DNA of 56,922 nucleotides, filler included, from Sphacelaria rigidula (GCA_964200075.2; 5 parts of 5 records of this genome joined end to end with filler, not necessarily neighbours in it), one strand, 5' to 3'; positions 1 to 12,170 are shown, counted from the whole stretch's first letter. The notes: a model not told the origin generated them from the letters alone. Numbers and translations are program-made.

Positions 1-288
1 TCATCTGGTCTACCGAACACTTGAGGTTTCCGAGAGTGAAAGTTAGTGCTTTTATAGCTATTACAAAAGTCTTCCACGCGTCTACAACCGCCCCTTCGTT
101 CCAGGAACGTTCATATCTTCGGCATGCTATCAATCGGGAGGCACAGACTTGGATGCCTGGAAGATCTAGCTTGAAGGTGGTGAGGTTGTGCCCCATCCCG
201 GGAGTCTGCGGATCCCGTCGATTTGATCTGCAGCTGGTCTCGATGTAGTTTTGGAAAAACCAAGACTCGCTTGAGATGTCTACTACAC

Positions 289-590
289 ACAGAGTTTTCG
301 TGAGATTGAGAGTAGATGATACGATTGAGAGTGAAAAAGAGTCAGTGAATGAATCATTTCAGTTCCGATATGCACTTCCACGAGGCCCAACATGTTTTTT
401 GCAATAGCTGGCCACTGAAGCCCTTGATATCCCCGTGTCGGGTATCGACGTGTAGCTGTAAGCACACGCAAGTGATGGAGGTAAAGAAGCACGTAGGTAA
501 AGAAGCACGTCAGATAAAAAAATGATTCACTTAGAGCGCATGATCAAAGCCAACAATCGTATCATCTACTCTCATCTAGAAAACACTCTC
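289..590. mobile_element. MITE-like element with ~40-bp terminal inverted repeats; second copy at ~17870-18165
   Basis: Left end gagttttcgtgagattgagagtagatgatacgattg is the reverse complement of caatcgtatcatctactctcatctagaaaacactct at ~553-589. The internal sequence aligns by eye to 17870-18130. Confidence 0.6.
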
Positions 591-1699
591 AACCTTGCGG
601 CACTGTGTGAAGCCTACTCCCCTGCACTCCTGTGAACGAAATGATCGGAAAGGTTCCAAGCATCATCGCGAGGGTGTTCGGTTACGTTCACCACTGGTGC
701 AGTACTGCAGATGTATGGTAGGCCTACACTGCAGTGCTGAATGAGGCCACCTCCTCCACTCCCTCATGTAGCTGTGCCTGCCTGAAGCGAATTGAACGGA
801 AAGGTTTTGAACGTCATAGCGAGGGTGTTTGATGACGCCCTTTCCTCGCAGTAAATGTGTGTTCGAGGTAAAGCGTTCCCCGAGCCAGATACGACTGCAC
901 AAGTGGCGAAAAAATGGCGCATCCTTGGCCGTTCAGCTTCCGGAGAGGAGAGAGGGGGGGGGGGGCGGGGGGGGAAGCGGAACTCAGACAGTTCCCGTTG
1001 GGTGCTCAGTTACAAAGCACTGAACACTCGGCTACCGGCGAGTCATCATGTTTGATGTCTCGGTCGGCATTAGCCGTAGCTACTGGTTGTGACAAAAATT
1101 ACATCATGAGAGCAAGCGTCGTGGCTCGACGGTCGAACAGAGTGCTCGAAGAAACATCAAATGTTTGGTCGTCACCACGTTTCACACAGGATAGACGCCA
1201 CACCCGCATGAGTGGTACACAGTTAATGGTTAGACGATTGCTTTCATCTCGCGTCATGTAACATATGTGCTGAAATCGAAATGAAGGCAACAATAATCGA
1301 GAGAAAAACGCATCATGTGACAATCAAAATTCAAGAACATCGAAAAACATGGGGAACAAGAAGGATAGAAAGCGGAACCGCCGACGGGACCAAGAGTCCG
1401 AACTCAACAATCAATATCAAGTAAAAATAACGTAGATCCCACGCGCGATAAACCGACTCATACAACGATCAAAGATACTATCATACTCCACGAGACATTC
1501 CGATGAACTCGGACGTTTCTCAACAGCAATCAAACTGCGTTGTCCAAGGAACAACGGATAAAGCAGGGAAGCGGTTCAAAACAGGAGGGGTCAAGAAAAG
1601 TTTTACCCCGTGTGCTCTCCAAGGGAAGCCCGGAGCCACACCACACAGTCTGCTTTCATGCCAAGGCAGCATTCGAGGACAGGGCGTAAAAATCTAATC

Positions 1700-2770
1700 G
1701 CGGCAGCAAAAGGGCGATACATGCGCACGTCCAGAATCACCCAAGGAAATCCAAACGGCGCTAAATACATACTGATACCCACGCGCGTTCATCAATCCCG
1801 GTCTCTCCTCGCGCCCCGTGGTCCTCAAATCCCGTCACCTACTGAAGGCACGGATTTTCTCCTACTAAGTTTGGTACGTCAAAAAATGTACAACACCCCC
1901 AACCCCCCCCAGTCCGCTGTGCCTGCCCTTCCTCTCAACTCTCCAAGCAAGCCGACTTGGTACGGCGAGCAGAGGATTCCCACCTCTAACATCCAACACG
2001 ATCAACCGCTCAATTTCAGCACTTTGTACTGGACACGACCCACCGAGCATCGGGACTGCAACTCTCAAACTACCGAGTCGTGACGGACATACTCCGCAAG
2101 GGTGTAATCATCTCGCCCACGAAGAAACACGACAAAACGCACAGGTCATGATACGTGAATTGATTGGGAGTTGGTGAGTGGCGAGGGCGGGAGGCAACAA
2201 AGAAACCCCACGTTATACTACAGTACGAATGCCCGCGTGAAAAAACGAAACACAGAATCCAACCCCGTCAACCCAGCAAATTCAACAAGAAACGAAAGGA
2301 ACGAACCCCCCATGTCCGATACAGCATCACCTCCCATCGTGACCTCTGGCCATCCACCACTGCACACCATCATCCGAACCGCCAAGATTCTCACCACAAC
2401 GACAACAGCGTCAAAAATACAACCGACAAAGTGCTGCTCCGTCATGCGCGGCCAGTTCATACTATAAAGCGTGTTCCCAGGACTTTCCCCCACCACCGTG
2501 TCTTCAAACACCCGTGACTCAGGGCCCCCCACTTCGGATATCATGCAGACGCCTTGATAATGACAAAACATTGGAAGGCCTTTGACCGAAAGTCATATCA
2601 GCACTGCTCCATCCGATATCCATGCTCGCATACTATTACACGCCATCATGCCCTGTAGCAAAAATATGTTCTCCGCACGACTCCGTCGCTTCAGAATAAC
2701 CACCCTCCCCTTCCCATAAGAATAAACGGACGGTTTCTACTTTCCTTCCTACATCTAGCGAGACGGGGGA
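1700..2770 (+). mobile_element. Highly decayed Ty3/Gypsy integrase region
   Basis: Across frameshifts: H2C2-like zinc finger (RVH..S...GPQ...WYVKKCTT), PLNSPSKP (cf. PLPIPSKPW), a GPY/F-like KVLLRHARPVHTIKRV, and a purine tract at ~2760. No intact ORF. Confidence 0.35.
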
Positions 2771-2957
2771 AAAGAAGACAAACTCGAATGAGGTATGGAC
2801 ACGCTTCTCTTCGATCCGCTCACGTCAAGGAACGCATTCTCCCCTTCTTCCGACCGTTCGAGAGAAGGAAGGGCCATCATCAGCAGAGCCTTCGAGGCCT
2901 TCCAGTCGAGTGGTCCTCATTCCGAATTCCTCGCCTCAACGAAACCACGTGGTTTCC

Positions 2958-4701
2958 TTAGAAAGTATACGACACAGACATGTCCGCGTCCGCGTCGGTG
3001 TCGTCACCCTTGACCTCGAACTCTCCAGAGCAGTCGAAAAGAGCATCGTCATCGAAGCGGCCCACGCGGATCTTGTACATTCCCGCTGGTGTGTCGCTGG
3101 GAATTTCGACATCATAGTCACCCACTGTTCGGCGTTAAAACACAAATAATCGTTCGAGTTAGCGATGTAGCCACCTTGGGTAAGATGAAAACGATGTCGA
3201 GACTGTATAGCAAGATGCATGAGCTTTAATTCTTTTCCATCAACCTATGACCGCATTTGAGAGGACACAACCAAAACAAGCTTCGAGCGACAACTACAAC
3301 AGGATTTGACGCGAGCAACAACATTCACAAGGTGATACACCATACAAAAATATATCTGAAGTTTGTACACGAGTCAATTCAAAAACCATTCTTGTCACGT
3401 CGGACGACCACGACTATGACTCGTGGGACTCGCACTCGTTGGGCTGCTGGTTGATCGTTTTGGATGTCCTCGAGCACTGGTAAATTGTTGTGGGAAAATT
3501 GGTAGAGCGAGTACTCGAGTAATTGCTCACTGTGGACAAGGGATGAGGGCGAGTACTCGAGTCGTTGCTCGATCTGGGAAAATGAACAGGGCGAGAACTC
3601 GAGTCACGCTCGTTTTGTTCAAAAAACATCAGAGTGCACTCGTTGCGACGAGTAATGTACGGTGTATGCCACTGCCATCGCGGAAAAGATTAACCCTAAT
3701 CCTTCCTAAATAAACCATTAGCCACGATGTGACTGATGAGGCCCACGGTCAAAAATCTCACTTCGCTCTTGACCACTCATGCAACCGTTACTGTTGGTAT
3801 CAGCCATGACTCGAAAAATATTTTATATAAACGAAAAAATCCGCGGCACTTACTCGAGTCTTTGCAACCAATGGTGGGTTTGTCACAGATGGAGGTCACC
3901 CAGGTTCCGCAGTCCCCATTGCCGTCCGCCTCGTACAGGTCGATTTTGAAACGGTCCACTTTGCTGCCCACGCCGTTGTCGTAGTCAAACTGTAACAAAT
4001 GGCGACAACGAAAAACGACAAGGTATAGTGGAAGTGCCATCGGATGTTCAAAGTTGGTTCTTCACCTTCGAGGTGCATGATTCCATGCCCTCCACTATAC
4101 TCCGGAACATCCAACGGTCTCATCAGACTTGCGACATCCCCCCCCCCCTATACGATCGAGGTCACTGACTCTTCCTCTTGTGGCATTCAACTGTTCATTG
4201 CTCGTATACGACAGGTCATTCCTCATCGAAAGGAAATGTCATTTTATAGTCGGTTCTCGAATACTGACAGCACTCCAAGTAGGAGGACAAAGAAGAAGCT
4301 CCTGTGTTGACCTTCCTCCCATGTGACCCCGGCTGATGCGCCCACATATCCCGAAAGGGGTAGACTGGCGCCCAGAATAAATGGGACGACAACACAACTC
4401 CCCGGACCCTGGCACCCAGGTTGCATGAACATACCGTGGGCGCCCTCGTGAAGGCCGAGTCTCAAAACAGTCGATCACAGATGGACAAAAATGGCCGATG
4501 GCGCAAGATCGTTCATGCCTTCGCTTTTCTCACCTCAACAGTGTACTCATCGCCGGCGTACGCCTCGTCGCCTTCCATTGGCGAGGTCACCTTCAGGTAG
4601 GGTCCGTCCACATCGCCCACCTGTGGTGCTTCGTCGGAAGCCATCAGGTAAAACTCGTCCGAGCAGTCCGAGTCACCACCAGTGGTCTCCATCACGCGCA
4701 C
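2958..4701 (-). CDS. 3' part (last 3 exons) of a protein with tandem Ig-like Kre9/KNH N-terminal-like (Ser/Thr-rich GPI family) domains; 5' exons not found on this contig
   Basis: Exons 4534-4701, 3854-3989, 2958-3124. Donors gtgaga and gtaagt, phases 0 and 1 join in frame, stop TAA at 2958-2960. Peptide: VRVMETTGGDSDCSDEFYL...PYLKVTSPMEGDEAYAGDEYTVEFDY...KIDLY...CKDSMGDYDVEIPSDTPAGMYKIRV...DCSGEFEV...YTF*. Confidence 0.85.
3398..3650. mobile_element. Intronic element with decayed 43-bp tandem subrepeats (same family as 33315-33641)
   Basis: Starts cgtcggacga like 33315, contains repeated gggcgagtactcgagt units, and ends ...ttgcgacg (inverted terminus). Confidence 0.6.
4283..4397 (+). repeat. 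3' fragment of tRNA-derived SINE family 1
   Basis: agctcctgtgttgaccttcctcc...ccgaaagg.gtagactggcgcccagaa...gggacgacaacac matches the 3' ends of the copies at 31455 and 51989. Confidence 0.75.
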
Positions 4702-4800
4702 CTTAGTGACGAGAGGACACGAAAAAACGTCATAACTCATCAACATCATCTAGGAGGGAGACCCGCAGGCCTGGCGAGAGGTATCTCCTTGTGTTGGCGA

Positions 4801-5600
4801 TGTTGCGGGTGCCAATAGTGCTGAGGCCTAGGCGCACCAAACTAGGGCTGCTCTGTTCAAATAAAACAGGCGCTTCACTAAACTCACCAGTCCAACCGTG
4901 GACAGACCGTCAACATGCCCGACTCTCGTCGTGAAGGACGGGTCTCTGTTCACTTGATTTATCGAGGACTTCGAAGAGGTTGTAATCGACATTTCCCGCG
5001 AGACGCGAGTTGATCATCCCCATGTCGTACCTACATGTCTTCTCTCTCAGCTTCCACAATTTCGGTTCATGAAAGGTGATTCGGACAAGATGCAACGGAC
5101 CTGTCTCGAAAGAAAAAAATGAGTAAATACTTCCCCTCACGAGGTCTTCGCCTTCCAACGCTCGAGTTACGTCAAAGTTTTCTTTTTCGGAATTCAATTC
5201 TCAAATCTGAATGGCTAGCTCTGCATCATCATGCACAAGTTCAACGCCTTGCACTCCCGCACCCAGGTATTTTCCTCAAGACTTTCATCAAATTTTGGGA
5301 TCCGGTACGAGCTGTGTCAGCCTAAACACGGATTCAAGCTCTAAAAGCAATAGTCATCGACACAGGTGAGTTGGGCCGTGATCCGCATATGGCATCAACC
5401 CTCCTGAGACTGGACCCCCACGAACTCAAGGTTGACCCTGTGTTAGAGGAATAATAAAAAATTGTCTTCGAGCCACCTACTCAATCGCAGCGAGGCGAAT
5501 TTCATCGACCAGACCCGAACGACCAGGGGGGGGTTGTTGTCGGATGTGATGTCATTGCAAAGATCGTGTGGGGCCCCATCCCTGGCCCAGATAAGCCTTC
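4801..5600 (+). mobile_element. Possible LTR retroelement remnant
   Basis: TGTTG...CAACA segment at 4801-4915, and a polypurine tract agggggggg immediately followed by TGTTG at ~5525-5539. No intact ORF and no TSD. Confidence 0.3.
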
Positions 5601-5954
5601 CCAGGTTTTCACGTCCAGGGCGGTCACAGCTTCGTGTTATCGTATTACTTGCCCTCAGTATACCGCTCCCGAGTTTTTCCGGAGCGTTTATTGGGTCGCA
5701 TATCTATACTAAAATGCAGTTATTTGCGCCAACACAGGGTGGGCCCGAAAAACCCGGCAAGGAGTGCGCATGCTACCCTGTTGTCATTTTCACGAGGCAT
5801 GAAATCCAGGTGGGCTGTGGAAAGACAAGAGAAGCTACTGCAGTAAATTCTGCGTATCCCTCTGCCGATGACTTGCAGTTTGCAACCAACATAGTTGAGC
5901 ATGGATGAAGAAGCGGTACATGGGCAGTTGATCTCGGTAGCAGATAATTGCCCA

Positions 5955-6430
5955 GAATGTACAAGGGAGTATGCAGCGGCAGCCGCTGCTTCAGTCGGAG
6001 AGGCGTACTACAGTATACTGTACTAATCTGTTGTATGTATGCCCGCCGCAGAGCTGACAGCTTTCGACGAAAATTTGCCGCAGGTAACACAGGGGGGCAA
6101 TGGCGGCTCGCCCCGACCACAAAGGGCTGTGGCAGGGAATCGGGACAATGATATCATCCAAACCCACAAGTGGCGGGCGGCCCGCCGGTCGCCGCATTCT
6201 GTTGGAATGCTCTCTACCGCGACACCTACTGTTTGCTCCATCATATGTGCACCACCTGATGCGCATCCTGCACCTGAAAATAGACTAGATAAAACTTTCG
6301 GTCTGCGTCATAATCCTGCAGTTACATACGCGGATTTTCAGCAACACTTCACTGTTTCGTTTAGACGCCAGACACGTCGTTCCGAATCAGCCTCATTGGT
6401 CGTTTTGGAGCCCGGTCCCAAAAGGATCAA
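5955..6430. repeat. Dispersed repeat, inverted homolog of 33639-34115 (possibly piggyBac-like non-autonomous element)
   Basis: Both copies translate to the same PAPENRL..TF.LRHNPAVTYAD on opposite strands. The 33639 copy begins TTAA-CCTCTTTGGGACCG. Confidence 0.7.
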
Positions 6431-6739
6431 TCGTCCGATCAAGGGGAAGGTGCCCATTTGCTCAAAAGTTTGGGCCCATCTTCTCTCGTTAATTAAGCTT
6501 CATGTCTACAAATTCCTTCACGTGAGGGAGATAGCGCCAATACGGCAATCTCGATGAAACTCCCGATCGATGCATTTAGCGGATGGCGACGAATCTTGGT
6601 GTGAGGAAACACCAGCGAGTGCCGAATAAGAAAAAGAAAGAGCCTCGATTCTCCTTTCTTTCATCGAGGTTGGGGCGTCCTCGTGAAATATGGTCGTTCG
6701 CCCTGAACCAGTGAAGAAAAAAAAAAAGCAACCTGATCC

Positions 6740-7172
6740 ATCTTGTTTTGTTTATCATGCCTCAGAGAACGCCCACACAAAATTTCGATAAACGAAAACC
6801 GAACATGGGCCGGTGAGTGGTCTGCGAAATACTGTTCCGAATTTCTACCGACCCGGCTTTTCAAAAGGCCCATGCTCCCGCCAATATTTAGAGTTGGACC
6901 CTGAAATTTGGTATGCACCATGCATAGGGCATGAAAAAAATTACAGCGGCACCAAAAGGTTATCCTTCATTTTTTCACGAATCAAGGGCAATGATCAGTA
7001 TTCAGGCATCAGTAAAATGCCCGTAACTCATGAAAAGCAAACTTGTGGTGCCGCTGTATCATTTTTCATGCCCTATGCAATGTCCATACCAAACGTCAGG
7101 GTCCAACTCCAAATATTGGCGGGAGCATGAGCCTGCAAACTTTAAATCCGCCTCACGGCTGGCCCAGCTCGT
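6740..7172. mobile_element. Tc1/mariner-like non-autonomous element (terminus ACGAGCTGGGCCAG family) with an internal ~270-bp foldback (6865-7135)
   Basis: Arms 6865-6960 and 7040-7135 are near-perfect reverse complements. The end ggctggcccagctcgt is shared with 36792, 44198/44792 and 48527. 6740-6865 is homologous to 37030-37150. Confidence 0.65.
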
Positions 7173-7321
7173 CATGTCTACGATATTACGCCTAGATTGG
7201 ACAAAAAAATTTAGTCAAATTTACTCCTAGCGTCATTTCGCCCTGACTGCCGTCTCGAGGACAAAGTGGTGAGAAATGATGAGGCCATAGTTAACTGTGC
7301 GCAAAAGACGGGTCAAGGAGG

Positions 7322-7690
7322 TGGGTTTACCACTCGGTAGTGACTCAGTTTTCGGAAATTCATGGTCTGTGCCGGTGCTGACGCATTTCGAATATTAATC
7401 CTAACCCCAACCCTAACCCCGACCCCAATGAAGACATACCGAGAACCATCAGGCAAGGGGGGTGCAACATGTCGCCGAAATTGATGCCAATTTAAGACAA
7501 GACTAACCTCGCGGTCCAAGGGTCAAGACAAGAACGCGTTCTGCGCACGCCAGGTGCACGCAGGAGCATCCCAGGAGCATGGCCCCCTCAAAAAAAACGG
7601 ATTTCGGTATTCACACTAAAATCCAATACGCACCAGTCCACAGACCGGATATTTCCGAGAGCTGTCAACTACCGAGTGGTAAACTCTACC
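7322..7690. mobile_element. MITE with ~55-bp imperfect TIRs and an internal telomere-like CCCTAA/CCCCAA tract
   Basis: gtttaccactcggtagtgactcag..ggtctgtgccggtgc at ~7325 mirrors the reverse complement of 7629-7684. cctaaccccaaccctaacccc at ~7400-7420. Confidence 0.65.
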
Positions 7691-8613
7691 GTCATCAAGG
7701 CACACCTTGTAGCAAATGCATCGGTGGTTTCCAAGTACTGTTGCGCAATGTTAACTGCTGCCAGTGCTGTTCGCTCCGAGACTTCAAGATCTCAGCAAAT
7801 GCGTCACCATCTGTGTTGTGACCAACCCGCAGGACTCGATGCTTTGGTCGCAGAGCTTGTGGACCACTGTATACAGGTCCGAATATTTTGTACCAACACC
7901 CCGACGTTCAGGAATCGGGACAACTTCCACTGTATCCTTGGAATAGTGTACGACTGAATCTCCCCGTTACTTTAACCGCGATTTATTCGTCACTTGTTGT
8001 CGTGTGCCTCTCATCATGGGGTCAGCGTGATCCATGTGTCGGCTACACCGTACATGCATTGCATATCCAGGCACTGCATAAATATATATATGGTCACTTG
8101 AGTGTCGTCAAAGCTCTGTTGCATGAAGGAAGTCTTTTTTTTCACTACGGTCATTTGGGTGCTTCGACACGGCCCCAGCCACGAGTTATCAGCTCCCCCC
8201 CGGTTGAGGGCCGCGAGCTCCGAGTGAGTCCTGCTTTTGCGACTACTGTGCATGCCTGCACAACCATCAGCTGATGAGCCATCACTACTCTTCATACTCT
8301 GCCACATAATTCGTGTCCTAGATTCCCATCAACTCAAGTCAGCTCCCGTCGTCCGTGCTAGTGTGCATACATGCCCGCTGGCGTGCTGGCGCCGGACAGC
8401 GATGGAGGCTGAAGAGGCTGAGGTTCGTTGAAGTTGAAGGAAAGAGATCATGTGTAGAATGAACTTGAATTACTTCAAATGTACTGTTCCACATCGTACG
8501 TTGAAAGTTTTGAAGGTTAGGGCGCCGTTCATACAACGGAACCCACAAATACTGTGAAATTCATCATCATCCATTATTATTAGCATCATGGGTATTATGA
8601 TCAGTATTTCCAT
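7691..8613 (-). pseudogene. Decayed class III viral fusion glycoprotein-like frame (chuvirus/rhabdovirus-type), probable endogenous viral element
   Basis: ATG at 8613 gives MEILIIIPMMLII (signal-like), ICGFRCMNGALTFKTFNVRC, GHVCT and SADGCAGMHSS in one frame with two internal stops. RTLFQG and SIESCGLVTTQ follow after frameshifts. Intronless. Family assignment is by eye only. Confidence 0.45.
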
Positions 8614-11306
8614 TCACTGGTGCAACCTATCGAATCCGTGGTCACAGACGTGGGCTCATCTCTCCAATATCTCACCATGTCCAGCGTGTGAAGAACCTTG
8701 ACCGTGCCGGTGAGTTGCCTTATCCTCACTTCTTTGTCTCAACCTTCCGATATTTCGGGTCGGGTGTGGAAGAGTGTTGTACACCCGACAGCGCAATTTC
8801 AAACTGTACGACCTTGTGGGTCCAGCGTACAACCATTTCACGTCTGGTTTCTTCAGTCATGTTCCCATAATATCATGTCATCAACCGACTGTGCACCCTG
8901 GCACACGGGGGTTCAGCATAATTCGATGCGGGACACCTCACCAACTCACTCAGGCAAGGAGTCACGCGGTCACTCAAGGAAAATAAACTTTCGAGGACGG
9001 AGTTACGCGCTTCAATGCGACATACCCCCGAGATGAGATATCATGTGGGACCTTTCCAACTTTCAACTGGAGCCCTTCGCTCACCCTAGACGTTGCACAA
9101 GAGGGGTACGTCAGTTGACAATGGGGGGTGTTGCCGCCCCGCTATCATTGATGATGACACGCAAAAACATATTCGACTTGTGCCCACCCCAGTATGGGCA
9201 GTCGGGGGAAGGGGGTGGTATCTGAAAATTTAGTGCGATATGAGTTACACTGTGTCTCACGACCCCTGTATCTCATATCGCCCCAAACCTCAGAGCCCAC
9301 GTCGACACGATGATCGGGTTCGTGTCCCTTACTTTTCCCTGCTCCGCCTTCGTTGGTTCGGTGGTGTTTGTGTGTGGTTCAAGATCACTAACGGTCCTCG
9401 GCCCACCCCTGCAGGGAGCAGGCCGGGAGGAAGGGAATGTCTCACCAAGCGTCATATAGCTTTTCTGTTGTGAGGGAGTGGGGGAATGGCTCCATGATCA
9501 CAGTTTTTCCGTACCCGTACGGCAGGTTGGCCAATTACAACATACGAAATAGTCTTCATCCACGGTCTGACCCAAACGTCATGATCCAGGTGTCGCTGAA
9601 CGATGGACTACACCACGACTACACTCCTACACTGAGTTGAAGGGTCCTGCGCGCAGTATCGAAAAAATGTACTTTCTTCAAAGTGACTTTTCACAAACAA
9701 CTCGACTGGGTTGCTCGCCCAGTGGGTTTCGTCAACAAGTGGCTCGTCAGTCTGCATCGATGAGGATGGGGACGAATGCGAAATGCTGACGGACCAAAAC
9801 GCGCCACAATACATTCAGAACCGACGATGATAAACCAAAAGAAGTTTGCCTTCAAAGCAACAGGACGCCGACACAAGTCACCAGCAAGACGAACACGACG
9901 GGCGCAGGCACAATCACAACAAAGCCGGGAACCATCAGCAGTCACCAGCAAGCCGACAGCCCCCTCGCGGAGGTGTGGGTGCGGATTTGTGGGCGCTGGG
10001 ACTCATCGTCCACTTGCACATCATTGGGCTGCTGGCTCTCGGATTATTCGTGTTTGTGCTTGCTGGCGGCGGGCTCCTACTCCTGAACGCGGGCATTTCC
10101 TTTTTTGTTTCATCATTTCCGCGGTTAATGTCGTGACGCGCGCCAGCTCACCTACGGTCGACACCCGTGAGGTTCATGTTCTGAGAGGATGTAAACGGTG
10201 TTCCGTGTGCCATTTGCTAACGCCCGATGCCATATCTTCTCTTAGCCAAAACCCCGTGCTGTCCATGCTACCCTGGTGGAATCATGCTCGAAATGGTGCT
10301 AACATAATCGGTGAGAGCGTTTTCAAGTCGTGAACGTGGATGAACAGTTTCTGCAGCTCTTCTCGCTTCTCGAGAGACTTCGTCAAAGCTCCAATAATGG
10401 AGTTCATTTCCGACTCGTGATGGCGTTCACAGTCGCGAGGCGGGGGAGAGGGAGGGGGGGTGGTCGTTTGGATCCCCGTCTGCGGAACTGTAGAGCAGAT
10501 GACCATCGACGGCATCAATTATTTGTACATGGGTGAATATGAGAGCTGCCGCCATTTTTTCGGATAATGAGTCACTCGAAAAGTTCAAGTGTTGACGCAT
10601 GTGGCTCTCATTATTTCCTCGCACACTAGTACCGATTGACACAATACTTGTCCGATTGGACGCAAGTTAGTTTTGACCATATCTTTCGTTCTCCTCACCC
10701 AGCAATGCGCGGGGTGGTAGTTTGCAGCTAGTAGGACCCAGCATGATTTTCAGCTACTGAGGGCAGCTGGCGTCATCACCGCATCAAGCAACCTAATACT
10801 CGTATATATGAAACATACTCAACTCGTGATTCACCATGTCCATCGACCGCTGCACGATGAATCAACTAGAAACGAAATTTTCAACAGGTTCGCATGTACC
10901 CGTCACACCCTCGAAATCTAGTTGTATATGCAGGCCCCGCGGCTGCGGGGCGCGGACCTAGCGCCGACCTCGGGAGGCCCAGGAAAAAAAGATAGTCTGA
11001 TTTCCTCTCAACATATTTAAAAAGGGGGAAAAAAATCACGGTTAGGCCGTTTCTTCCGGTTCGTATCTTGTTAGGCTCGTATTTTCCACTTTCAGGACAT
11101 TTGACAAGGTTTTCGACCCCCCAACAGGGAAAATCGCCGACATACAGACTGTGCATTACATGTTTTCCTCGTATTTTTGTCCAGAGGCCGCTCTCGAAAT
11201 CTTTGACTCAAGCGAATCGGAAAAGTGGGCTAGGCTCCTCTCGGTGGGGTGATACAAAGTGTCCAAGACGTGTGGCGGCGATTTTCCCTGTTTGGGGGTC
11301 AAAAAC

Positions 11307-11406
11307 NNNNNNNNNNNNNNNNNNNNNNNNNNNNNNNNNNNNNNNNNNNNTTAATTAATTAANNNNNNNNNNNNNNNNNNNNNNNNNNNNNNNNNNNNNN
11401 NNNNNN
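11307..11406. other. Artificial contig linker (N44-TTAATTAATTAA-N44)
   Basis: Exactly 100 bp with stop codons in all six frames. Confidence 0.98.
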
Positions 11407-11959
11407 AATTATAATTTTGCGTTGAAGCCTTCGAGGACCATAAATGCGGTGCACCTATCAGATAGGACAAGAAAAGATCGATCGCACTTTTTCGATCGAA
11501 AAAAAAATGCCAAGACACGCCCTTAGGCTGCAAAGGCCTGCGTCGAACACACGGGAGTTACAGTGCGAGACACACCCTACCCGTCCGAGTTCGGTTTCTG
11601 GGGGGTGTCTATCTCGTATCTATGCACTTGCTACCATCGTACGGTATACCTCATACCTTCCTCGAGCTCTACTCATCCACCATCGAACGTTTGTTGAAGG
11701 GCGGTCGGACAGTGAGCGTTGAGAAACGAGCAACACCGAGAACAACATCATCCATCCGTGATGTTGACTGTGCGAGTGGTTACGATAAAGTATTACTTTC
11801 TGCCTTCAAACCGTGAGTACTGCACGGTCGACGGTTCACCACAACACCTCGCCACAGCAGGGCAGCAGTGCTCTTCAACTTGGCACGGTACAGCAAGGTT
11901 GCCCCGCATTGAGAGACATCACCCTGTCCGCACAAGACTACTAGACCAGCCGCACGCAC

Positions 11960-12170
11960 CTATGAACGGAATTGCCCATGTGATGGGCGGCAGCGGTGAC
12001 CACACCACACAGAAAGGATACCTCGACCTGTCATGGTCGATGCCAACCATGGCTATACTGTTGTTCAGTGTTGTCGGGCCCATGATGCCCTCCTCGACCA
12101 TGCCGACTTCTCCTGCAATGCGCGCAGAGCTAAGACTCGGCTGCAGAGTCGGCTGTCGGTGATCACTCAT
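11960..12170 (-). CDS. TMEM222: First coding exon of a TMEM222 / RTE1-like (DUF778) membrane protein; remainder lies off the contig
   Basis: MSDH...IDHDRSRYPFCVVWSPLPPITWAIPFIG, the conserved family N-terminal motif (R[FY]P.C.VW.P.P..TW..PFIGH), followed by donor G|gtgcgt at 11959. Confidence 0.85.

Noticed and set aside
5955-6557. Duplicated protein-coding gene (similar ORFs at 6039 and 33725)
   Set aside because: Similarity is at the nucleotide level with frame differences between copies; it is a dispersed repeat.
11351-11362. TTAATTAATTAA as a biological motif (PacI or piggyBac site)
   Set aside because: It is centred in N-runs four times with identical geometry, so it is an assembly linker.
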